Positions 39,161 to 47,379 of a stretch of 64,000 nucleotides of DNA are shown one piece after another. How positions within the stretch are numbered: position 1 is the first letter of the stretch; each line of letters begins with the position of its first letter. The position numbers were made by a program, and so were the translations under genes. Below the pieces are notes generated by a model, which was not told where the DNA came from, searched no databases, and was given only the letters and a program-made list of their open reading frames with translations. The DNA is taken from assembly GCA_964568795.1 (NCBI GenBank), contig CAZMRQ010000001.1:1953-65952 (forward strand). The letters are read 5' to 3'. This stretch comes from an uncultured Gammaproteobacteria bacterium (GTDB taxonomy: Bacteria; Pseudomonadota; Gammaproteobacteria; Comchoanobacterales; Comchoanobacteraceae).

Positions 39161-41809
39161 CTAAGTTCGTGATTGACATATGCTTTGTATCGAAGGTACT
39201 TGGTAGTCAAGTTTGTTTTCTGAGTGGTTGGATAGTGCATACTCTAAATTCCACAGCATAACAGCTTGATCTGATCCTAATACGTTTTCGTGCTGTTTTT
39301 TACAGAGTATACTTTTGTGCCACTTTTTTATTTTTTGTGAATGTTTTGCGGGATCTTCTTTTGCTGTAACCTCTAACTGGTCTGCAGGCACGTGAGTGGG
39401 GAGGGGGGCCGGGTCAGATCCAAACCACCAGGCATATAAACTGAACTTTTTGGCTGGTTTTACTTCTTCTATGTGTCTTGATGAATTATCAAGCATGCTA
39501 CTAGGAGATAGTAGCGCTTTTATGAGAGCTTGTTGTTCCGCCTTTTTTCGAAACTGGCACCAGCGGTCTTTATACTGCTCTGGGGGTTCCACGAAAAATC
39601 GGGGGATCTCTTTAAGAACCTCTTCTGGATCTATGTAATCACATATTTCCTGCCAGAGGGCCTCAGGGGCATACATCGTAAGGTATACGTGTACAGAGAC
39701 GTCTATGCGGTTGTATGAAGCGCTGCTGTTTGCTCTAAGGGGGTATTTGCCACCAATAATTGTGTTCAGAAAAGGTTTCAAATGAGAAAATTGAGCAGCA
39801 AGGCAGTCGCTTTTTTCTTCAGGCCTTAGTGGGAGCATGTTTTGGAGGCAGTCAAGGAACATTCTCTCAGAGGTCTCACTTAGCTTTTTGTTAAAATGGA
39901 CTGTGTTGTGGATTATCATTATCTTTGCCCAGAGAGTCAATGTTGTTGATTCCTGTTCATCTAAAATTCCTTTTTCCTCAATCTTTGTATGAATTCCCTT
40001 AATGATGTCGACAGACTCTGAGTTTTTCAGAAGCAGCTGCAGTGGGTATTTTTCTTCACTATCAGCCAAGGCTCTTTCTTGAATGTGTGGCTGAACTGAT
40101 TTATTGATGTGCAGCGGTAGTGCAGCTAACTTTTCTTCCCACAGAGGTGGCAGAAGAGCGTCAGATTGAATTCGTTGTAAGATGTCCCATAAAACATGCT
40201 GTAAGGCAAAAAGAGCTCTTGAATGCATGATTAGCAGTATTGGAACTGGAAATGTTATTATCTTGTTATCGAGTGCGGAAAAAACTTCTTTAAACTCTGT
40301 GTAATCAGGGTGCTTGCTGAGGCAGCTGGCGTATTGACTCATTAAGTTTATTTTTGCTGGAATTGTTAGGATTTTTCTTGCTTCAGATTGCATGCTATTG
40401 TATTCCCACTTGTGACCTTGATTGAGCAAGTTTTGTGGGCAGAGATCTACTCCGTTGAGTAATGCTGTGAAATCCATGAGTTGGGTGCTGTGAGTGTTTT
40501 TATCACGTTTAAGTGTGGCAGAAAAGCCTGGGTTGTTGAAAAGAACATTAAATAGAAAGTCAAGAATGGCAGGGTTGTCTTTGCTAAGTAGGTTTTCTCG
40601 GAAGATGGAAACAAACTTGTCCAGCAAGATATTGTCTTCGTTCAGCAAATGATCAACGAATACAGTCACATCGTCAGTGCCAGGCATTCCTCTGGAGTAA
40701 AGTGAGTCAAATAGCACTTGGGCATGCCTTGCTGACTGCTGTTGGTTTGATGGCATGCGTGAGATATCATAATCAGTGGGTCTTCCCATTCTCAGGTAGA
40801 GGTCCAGCTGTTGATAGGGAATGTCCTCAGATGGACTGGCTGCGTTTTTGTATATTTCTTTTAGTTTCCTGTATACTGTTTGTTTTGCAAAAAAACTCCA
40901 CATATTTCGTTGCTGATAGAGCAGGCTGGCGTTGCCCCGATCCTCTTGGGTTAAAAGGGTTGCTGTATTTGCTAGGATGTGCTCTTTTCCTGAAGTTGTA
41001 GAGGCGTTGGAAAGAGTGAGAAGAAGCAATTGGGTGTTTTGAGTTATTTCGGCTGTTTCAGAGTTTGTTTGATCATGATGGAGAACTTGTTTATAGCCCG
41101 CTACAGGCGTGTCGTCGTATACTAGCTCATCACCATCATCACCATAACCGGTAAAGGTGCGTATGCTTTGTTCGCTTTCTGAAGTAATCTTGTAAGTGGG
41201 ACTTACCCCCGGCCTCTCTAAGAGTAGATCAGGGTTTAACGCACATACTGCAGGTATACTCAGGATATTAAACATACTATCTTTCCCAATTACGGGCGTG
41301 TGAGTTGTGTGTTTAGCGGTCGGGTCTGGGTTTTGAAATAGTGCACTGTCTCGACTGTCTGGGTCTTTAAAGAGTGTACTAATCTTTTCCAAATAGTCCA
41401 TTTTTACACGAATGGTTGCCGTGCTCGGTGTCAATCTCTTACTCAGGGCGTCTAATTGATCTTTAAATATGGGTAATTGTGTTGTCTCCACGAATTGGCA
41501 GTTGCTGAACTGAATGTTACAATTGGTGGTAAAATATCCTTCAGTTGGGGATGTAAGTCTGACTTCTGTTTTATGTTCTCTGTGGTAGTTATACCAAGGC
41601 TCAGTTAGCTCATTCAGGGGGTATTGAAATTGTATTTCTGGGGGGGGAGTGTGGGGAAGGCAGAGGCTACTAACCATCCCTTCAACAGTGTCTTCTAATT
41701 GATATGAATAGTTTTCTTGGATCTGTTTTCCCCAATTGAAGCATCGGCGTTTCAGACCTGGTATCATTGAGGTCTTAGTAGTGAAGAATTGTTCTCTATC
41801 TGCAGGCAT
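39161..41809 (-). CDS. Orphan 882-aa protein; candidate effector; distant paralog of the adjacent 1063-aa ORF
   Basis: Uninterrupted 2.6-kb ORF with no recognised domain. It is in tandem, same-strand arrangement with 35771..38962. Confidence 0.8.
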   Translation of the reverse strand: MPADREQFFTTKTSMIPGLKRRCFNWGKQIQENYSYQLEDTVEGMVSSLCLPHTPPPEIQFQYPLNELTEPWYNYHREHKTEVRLTSPTEGYFTTNCNIQFSNCQFVETTQLPIFKDQLDALSKRLTPSTATIRVKMDYLEKISTLFKDPDSRDSALFQNPDPTAKHTTHTPVIGKDSMFNILSIPAVCALNPDLLLERPGVSPTYKITSESEQSIRTFTGYGDDGDELVYDDTPVAGYKQVLHHDQTNSETAEITQNTQLLLLTLSNASTTSGKEHILANTATLLTQEDRGNASLLYQQRNMWSFFAKQTVYRKLKEIYKNAASPSEDIPYQQLDLYLRMGRPTDYDISRMPSNQQQSARHAQVLFDSLYSRGMPGTDDVTVFVDHLLNEDNILLDKFVSIFRENLLSKDNPAILDFLFNVLFNNPGFSATLKRDKNTHSTQLMDFTALLNGVDLCPQNLLNQGHKWEYNSMQSEARKILTIPAKINLMSQYASCLSKHPDYTEFKEVFSALDNKIITFPVPILLIMHSRALFALQHVLWDILQRIQSDALLPPLWEEKLAALPLHINKSVQPHIQERALADSEEKYPLQLLLKNSESVDIIKGIHTKIEEKGILDEQESTTLTLWAKIMIIHNTVHFNKKLSETSERMFLDCLQNMLPLRPEEKSDCLAAQFSHLKPFLNTIIGGKYPLRANSSASYNRIDVSVHVYLTMYAPEALWQEICDYIDPEEVLKEIPRFFVEPPEQYKDRWCQFRKKAEQQALIKALLSPSSMLDNSSRHIEEVKPAKKFSLYAWWFGSDPAPLPTHVPADQLEVTAKEDPAKHSQKIKKWHKSILCKKQHENVLGSDQAVMLWNLEYALSNHSENKLDYQVPSIQSICQSRT

Positions 41810-42062
41810 ATTTATAACCGTGCGCTGTGACGTTGAACTATTTTTTCATGAATCTCACATGCTTGCAAGTGTGTTCTCTAAGTATATTCTTGCATCAAAT
41901 AGCCATTTTTTCTTGAGTAAAGGCAGGATATTCTGATAAGATTATTTTCGCCAATGCATAATAATGTAGATCTTTTCTGCAAATAATACTGTTAGTAGCA
42001 TTTAAGTGTGAAAAAACATAGTATATGCATTATGCTTTTTTTTATTAGCTTTAAAAAAAGAG

Positions 42063-42090
42063 TTGACTTGTTGCCTGATTGTGATAATTT
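42063..42090 (+). promoter_or_regulatory. Sigma70-like promoter candidate for the tRNA (and possibly metG)
   Basis: TTGACT (42063..42068), a 15-16-nt spacer, then ATAATT/TAATTT (42084..42090). An A/T-rich UP-like tract (ttttttttattagctttaaaaaaag) lies upstream. The tRNA 5' end is about 10 nt downstream. Confidence 0.5.
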
Positions 42091-42100
42091 TTAGCATCAG

Positions 42101-42174
42101 GGGCCCATAGCTCAGCTGGTTAGAGTAGGTGACTCATAATCACTTGGTCCTAGGTTCAAGTCCTAGTGGGCCCA
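42101..42174 (+). tRNA. ileX: tRNA with anticodon CAU; features favour tRNA-Ile2 (lysidine-modified) over elongator or initiator tRNA-Met
   Basis: Hand-folded cloverleaf. Acceptor GGGCCCA/TGGGCCC, D arm GCTC-AGCTGGTTA-GAGT, anticodon arm GGTGA-CTCATAA-TCACT, variable loop TGGTC, T arm CTAGG-TTCAAGT-CCTAG, discriminator A, no encoded CCA. C4-G69, C5-G68 and the G27-U43 wobble match recalled E. coli ileX, including its anticodon and T arms. There is no C1-A72 mismatch or 3xGC anticodon stem, so it is not an initiator. Confidence 0.9.
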
Positions 42175-42200
42175 CTGTCAATATAAACTGTACTGGTATC

Positions 42201-43820
42201 ATGGAAATTATTACGACTGCCAAGCCTTATGCAAATGGGCATTTGCACTTGGGACATATGGTTGAGAAAATTCAAGCAGATGTATACGCCCGAGCACAGC
42301 GTTTACAACAAAAAAAAATAATTTTTGTTTCAGGAGACGATGCGCATGGTGTCGCTATTATGCTGTCTGCTGAGAAGGCAGGAGAGAGCCCTGAATCCTT
42401 TGTGAAGCGCGTCCATGATAGTCATGTGGCTGATTTAGACGCTTATAACATATCAATTGATTATTACGGGTCCACTCATTCCCCCTTAAATAAGTTGATT
42501 ACTAATGAGGTGTATTGTGCAATACGAGACAAAGGATGGATAGAGTATAAGAGTATCCGTCAGCCTTATGATGCCGTAAAAGGAATGTTCTTGGCTGATA
42601 GATATGTGAAAGGTGACTGCCCATCATGTGAGAGTTCGGATCAATATGGCGACGGATGTGAAAACTGTGGTGCTGTATATCAGATCAGTGATTTGCGTCA
42701 TGCTTATTCAGTTCTGACGCAACAACCGCTTGAGTGGCGTGATACGAAGCATGCATTTTTTGTGTTGGAGCGAGCACGGCCTCATTTACAAAGTTGGTTG
42801 AATCGCGCCAAAATCATTTCACCAGTTAAAAATAAGTTAATGGAATGGTTCGAGGATGAGTTGCGGCCATGGGATATTACCCGTGATGAGCCTTATTTTG
42901 GCTTTCCTGTGCCGGATTTGCCAGGTCAGAACTATTATGTGTGGTTAGATGCTCCTTGTGGTTATTTAGCTTCTTTGCAACATTGGTTATCGCACAATGG
43001 CTATGGCAACGATTGGATTGATGCTTGGCAGTCGTCGCATGTGACCCATTTTGTTGGCAAGGATATTCTTTACCATCACGGCCTTTTCTGGCCAGCGATG
43101 CTTGAGGCAAGAGGCTTGAAGAGTCCAGAGCAAATATGCTCACACGGTTTTCTTACTGTTAATGGTGCAAAGATGTCAAAATCCAGGGGCACATTTGTGA
43201 AGGCAAGCGCGTGTGTAGGACATGTCCCTACCGATTATATTCGTTACTATATTGCGGCCAAGTTGGGGACAGGGATTGCTGACTTAGACCTGAATTGGCA
43301 AGATTTCTCTTTGCGAGTGAACTCTGATCTAATTGGGAAGTTGATTAATCTAGGTTCAAGGCTATCGCGGTTGTTGGAAAAACACTTTAACTCCCAGTTA
43401 GGCTCTTTGGCAGATCACGAATCACGTTTGTCTCATCTTATAGGTCACACAGATGAAATACTCTCTTTGTATGAACAGAAGAACACACAAAAAGCTGTGC
43501 GGGTGATTATGATGTGTACAGATCAAGCCAATCAATGGATTAGTGAGGTCAAACCTTGGGATTTAGCTAAATTACAGAAATACGATGAGATGGCGGCGGT
43601 ACTCACAACAGGCCTTAATATGTACCGTTGGTTGATGCACATGATATCCCCTATTTGTCCTGAAATTGCTGCACAGGCACTGGATCAATTTAAACAGACA
43701 GCGTGTTGTGATCAGGCAAAAATCATGGTGTGTGATGGTTCTATTGGTGCATTCAGTCCTTTGGGTCAGCGTATAGTCTTGAATGATCAAGGTTTGCCAA
43801 CAGGGATGAGCAGTGATTGA
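42201..43820 (+). CDS. metG: Methionyl-tRNA synthetase (short form lacking the C-terminal tRNA-binding appendix)
   Basis: 'TAKPYANGHLHLGH' (HIGH), zinc knuckle 'CPSCESSDQYGDGCENCG' and 'KMSKSRG' (KMSKS). The start is set at ATG 42201 because the tracked ORF start (42129) lies inside the tRNA. Confidence 0.93.
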   Translation: MEIITTAKPYANGHLHLGHMVEKIQADVYARAQRLQQKKIIFVSGDDAHGVAIMLSAEKAGESPESFVKRVHDSHVADLDAYNISIDYYGSTHSPLNKLITNEVYCAIRDKGWIEYKSIRQPYDAVKGMFLADRYVKGDCPSCESSDQYGDGCENCGAVYQISDLRHAYSVLTQQPLEWRDTKHAFFVLERARPHLQSWLNRAKIISPVKNKLMEWFEDELRPWDITRDEPYFGFPVPDLPGQNYYVWLDAPCGYLASLQHWLSHNGYGNDWIDAWQSSHVTHFVGKDILYHHGLFWPAMLEARGLKSPEQICSHGFLTVNGAKMSKSRGTFVKASACVGHVPTDYIRYYIAAKLGTGIADLDLNWQDFSLRVNSDLIGKLINLGSRLSRLLEKHFNSQLGSLADHESRLSHLIGHTDEILSLYEQKNTQKAVRVIMMCTDQANQWISEVKPWDLAKLQKYDEMAAVLTTGLNMYRWLMHMISPICPEIAAQALDQFKQTACCDQAKIMVCDGSIGAFSPLGQRIVLNDQGLPTGMSSD

Positions 43821-44433
43821 AAAGGTCCTGCAGTGCCTGCCGCAACTGCAGTGTAAGCAATGCGGTTATGAGGGTTGTCAGCCATATGCTAAAGCTATTG
43901 TAGAGGGCAAGGCCTCTATTGATCGTTGCTTGCCTGGGGGTCATGAGACTCTCATTGGTCTTGCGCAAATTTATGAGAAAGATCCAGCAGAGTATAGCCG
44001 GGATTTACAGCAAAGAGCTCAAATACAAGTGCGTGCAGCTATTGACTCAAGTGCATGCATTGGGTGCCGTAAGTGCATCGAAGCTTGTCCACAGGACGCC
44101 ATTATCGGTGCACAAGGGTACAATCACAGTGTTCTCAATATAGCCTGTCACGGTTGTGGCCTTTGTGTTCCAGCGTGTCCGATGGACTGCATCAGCCTTT
44201 CAGAAGTGCAGCTGCCAGTCAATCGGCAAATCATGGCACCGATACATCAAGAGAGATATGAGGTATCGCAGGAACGATTAAAAGAGCAAGCTGAACAAGA
44301 AAGGCGGGCCCATGTCAAAAAATGCTATGGGGAAACGCTTCTGTTAACCAAGAAAAACCGTCTGAAGTATATGCTTGAAGCAAGAGAAAGAGTGAGAGAG
44401 AAAAAAAAGAATGAAACAAATAATCGCACGTAA
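43813..44433 (+). CDS. Soluble RnfB/RsxB-like ferredoxin (no membrane anchor and no other rnf genes present)
   Basis: 'LPQLQCKQCGYEGCQPYAKAIVEG...RCLPGG' matches the RnfB N-terminal cluster domain. Two 4Fe-4S motifs are present: 'CIGCRKCIEACP' and 'CHGCGLCVPACP'. It lies immediately upstream of nth, as rsxB..nth does in E. coli. Confidence 0.75.
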   Translation: MIEKVLQCLPQLQCKQCGYEGCQPYAKAIVEGKASIDRCLPGGHETLIGLAQIYEKDPAEYSRDLQQRAQIQVRAAIDSSACIGCRKCIEACPQDAIIGAQGYNHSVLNIACHGCGLCVPACPMDCISLSEVQLPVNRQIMAPIHQERYEVSQERLKEQAEQERRAHVKKCYGETLLLTKKNRLKYMLEARERVREKKKNETNNRT

Positions 44434-45052
44434 AATCTGTGTTTTATTAGCAGAGAAATACCCGGAGGTAGAAACCGAACTGACTTATGGGAATCACTTT
44501 CAATTACTCGTAGCAGTTATATTGTCAGCTCAAGCCACTGACAAAAGTGTTAATTTAGTTACCGAGCCACTTTTTAAACAGATCAAAAACCCACAGCAGA
44601 TGGTTGATTTTGGATATGAGCCTTTGGCTAATGCTATTCGATCCATTGGGCTGTGGCGTAACAAAGCAAAGAATGTTATTTCTATGTCTGAGGATCTTAT
44701 CAGTAATTTTGGCAGTGAAGTCCCTTCTCAGCGTGAACAGTTATTAACGCTTGCAGGTGTGGGAAGAAAAACAGCGAATGTTATTTTAAATGTGGCGTTT
44801 GGACAGCCGACAATTGCGGTTGATACCCATATTTTCCGGGTGTCAAACCGCCTTGGCTTAGCTGTGGGTAAAACCCCAGATGCAGTAGAAAAAGTATTGG
44901 AAAAAGTGGTGCCTCAAGAATACAGAAAAGACATACATCTTTGGTTAATTATGTGGGGACGTTCTATTTGCCGAGCAAGAAAGCCTCAGTGTGAGCAATG
45001 TCAGTTACGCCCGTTCTGTCGATACGGACAAAAAATCGCCAAGAAACGATAG
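44411..45052 (+). CDS. nth: Endonuclease III
   Basis: HhH-GPD 'LLTLAGVGRKTANVILNVAFG', 'VDTHIFRVSNRLG' and the 4Fe-4S loop 'CRARKPQCEQCQLRPFC'. Confidence 0.93.
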   Translation: MKQIIARKICVLLAEKYPEVETELTYGNHFQLLVAVILSAQATDKSVNLVTEPLFKQIKNPQQMVDFGYEPLANAIRSIGLWRNKAKNVISMSEDLISNFGSEVPSQREQLLTLAGVGRKTANVILNVAFGQPTIAVDTHIFRVSNRLGLAVGKTPDAVEKVLEKVVPQEYRKDIHLWLIMWGRSICRARKPQCEQCQLRPFCRYGQKIAKKR

Positions 45053-45058
45053 ATTCTA

Positions 45059-46111
45059 TCATGAGGGGAGATATGGTAAAGAAAGGCCTTTAGAAGGATA
45101 TTCGTTGATTTGCCTCTCTGCTATAGCTCGAAGCTGAGGGCTATCTGTTTCTTCACCAGACGAACGGCGGGCGTTATAATAACAGACTTTAGGCACTAAT
45201 TCATACTTCCTCTGTCTAAGGTTCTCCTTCATATGATTTTTTAAAAGATTATTGAATTCCTCATTAGAAGGAATAAGAGTTGCTGCAAGTCTTTCTACTA
45301 GCTTATCAAGGGTAGGCGCCGTAAAAATACTGTCACGCAGGCTCATGCCATCAAAAGACGCCTCAATTTCTTTTTTTTGTTTCAGGGAAGCCTCTAACTG
45401 GGGTATGGCCAATTGCAATGCTTCATAACTTAGGTCTCTGTTCAAATGTAGTTGTGATTCCTCTATAGAACTCTCCTCTAATAGAAGATATAGCTCTTGT
45501 TTAAGAGCGAGTTCATCAAAATCAGGTTGTTCTTCAGTATTGAGGCCTGCTGCACTAGAAATTAGAGGGAACACTTCGGCACTAAATATATCTTTATTGA
45601 CATTTTTTGCAATTATTTTTTGTATCCCTTCAATTTGTTTTATGCTTAATCGTGAAAATAGAGATTCAGGTCTCGTTGTTACTAACTCGTGGATTTGCCT
45701 ATAACTCATAAAATAGAGATCATCTCGTGATGTATTTTTCCACTGTATGCTTTGCTTAACTTTCTGAAAATCTAGATTATCTCTTGCGAGTGGTCTCATT
45801 AGATTGTTTATCAGGAAGCTCCTGCGTTCTTGGTTTGTTTGCATAGAGTCCTTAACAAAGTGATAGGTGTAGTTGATAGCTGCATATACAAGGGGCAATA
45901 GAAGCATGCTTATGATTAGAATAATCGAAAGACTAGAAATCAAGCCTGCAATAAGAGCAAATGTATAATTTACAGCGAACAGAGCTGCGGTCTGTTCAGC
46001 GTTGATTAGTAGTTTTTCATAGATTTTTTCGGAAAGATTGCTTGAGTGTTTGTTAATTCTCTCCCATATCCATTCATAATGGGGTTGTGGCGTATTGTCT
46101 ACTGTAGGCAT
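45059..46111 (-). CDS. Orphan 350-aa protein with an N-terminal ~40-aa bilobed hydrophobic hairpin (Inc/vacuole-membrane-protein-like); candidate effector
   Basis: 'AALFAVNYTFALIAGLISSLSIILIISMLLLPLVYAAINYTYHF' is followed by a hydrophilic, probably helical remainder. A TATAAT (46142..46137, minus strand) lies upstream of ATG 46111. Confidence 0.7.
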   Translation of the reverse strand: MPTVDNTPQPHYEWIWERINKHSSNLSEKIYEKLLINAEQTAALFAVNYTFALIAGLISSLSIILIISMLLLPLVYAAINYTYHFVKDSMQTNQERRSFLINNLMRPLARDNLDFQKVKQSIQWKNTSRDDLYFMSYRQIHELVTTRPESLFSRLSIKQIEGIQKIIAKNVNKDIFSAEVFPLISSAAGLNTEEQPDFDELALKQELYLLLEESSIEESQLHLNRDLSYEALQLAIPQLEASLKQKKEIEASFDGMSLRDSIFTAPTLDKLVERLAATLIPSNEEFNNLLKNHMKENLRQRKYELVPKVCYYNARRSSGEETDSPQLRAIAERQINEYPSKGLSLPYLPS

Positions 46112-46283
46112 AGTTCTGCACTCTTGTTATAATGACATTATAGGCGATAATAAACCAAAAGATATTTTTTATTGAAAAAATGGAGAATATCAATGCGTTA
46201 AGACTGCTGCAGTATATTCATATATAGAGGTCGTTGACAAGTCGACAGACCTGAACTACCTTAAAAGTAAACCGAGAAGGCAA

Positions 46284-46724
46284 ATGATTAGTAGAACGGC
46301 TCTCATTCTATCTTTGATAGGGCAGCTAGCTCAAGCAGGGCAGCTAGCTATTAGAAATGAGTCACATTGCGTGCTTGTACATCAATTTCAATTGAAGCAA
46401 AAGATGTCATCCTTCATCTTTCCTCAGTCGATTACGGCATTTAGTGAAAGCAAGGCCACTATGGAATTAGAAACATCCATGTTTGATAGTGGTTTGGGCG
46501 CATCTGGGATTGTAGAGTACAGGGCCGAGTGTTTTGATGATCAAAATGCTGGAGTCTTGATCATATATGCTAACGCTGTTGATAGTCATCATGGCACTGA
46601 TTTGGAGATATCCAAGGATTGGCAGCCAAGAAAAAAAGATTTAGTGGTTGTTCCGTCAAACCCTCGTATAGGAAGGTTTAAAGATGGAATTCTGAGGATT
46701 TCCCTTAAAAACATCAAGATATAA
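46284..46724 (+). CDS. Hypothetical 146-aa protein with a signal-peptide-like N-terminus
   Basis: 'MISRTALILSLIGQLAQAGQ' is followed by a mixed beta-looking sequence. No recognised family. Confidence 0.55.
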   Translation: MISRTALILSLIGQLAQAGQLAIRNESHCVLVHQFQLKQKMSSFIFPQSITAFSESKATMELETSMFDSGLGASGIVEYRAECFDDQNAGVLIIYANAVDSHHGTDLEISKDWQPRKKDLVVVPSNPRIGRFKDGILRISLKNIKI

Positions 46725-47379
46725 TAATGACAAGTCTAGCTGGCAGCCCCCATGGCAGGACACAGAGTTTCTTTAATTAAGGAACCCAATGGGGTCCTTT
46801 TGAAGTGCTGGGAGTGTTTGATTCAGATCTGCCTCAGAGTGAGAGACTATATGAGGAGGCCTATGAAATTTCTGAACAGGATGCTCGCCCTTCATCATGC
46901 TAGTCGGTATAACTAGTTGGAAGAAGTGTGTATTATGAATACTTCTATGATGGAATAAACCCAGATGAACATGGAAGATCTTCTAGGTGAGTTGCTAGTG
47001 CTATGTACTGGTCTTGTCGATTCATCCATTGGCAGAGGTGTGTAACTCAATTAGAAATTTAGAGTCGTCCTATTCCCCCACTTTTTTTATGACAGAAAAA
47101 AGCGGTCTTATTCTGAGATGTGTCTATAATATGTGCCTATAGACTTATTATAACATTTACCTTCTAAATCTATCAGTGCGAAAACCAGTTTTCATTTTCA
47201 TCTTGATCTTGCCATCTGCAGAGCAGGCTGCTACGATACTGTCACAGTTATGAGAACAGAGGTCATGATAAGGCATCTAGATACATGTGACTCAGTAGAA
47301 AAAGTAGAAAAAACTTTTCAAAATGTATTTCAGTCCATAGCTAGCGTCACAGTTATAACTAAGAAAAGAAGGAAAGAGA

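Noticed and set aside
42101-42174. tRNA(CAU) as initiator tRNA-fMet
   Set aside because: Position 1-72 is a normal G-C pair, and the anticodon stem lacks the three consecutive G-C pairs characteristic of initiators.
42129-42200. N-terminal extension of the metG ORF as given in the ORF track
   Set aside because: It runs through the tRNA gene (42101..42174). The conserved MetRS N-terminus (ITTAKPYANGHLHLGH) begins right after ATG 42201.
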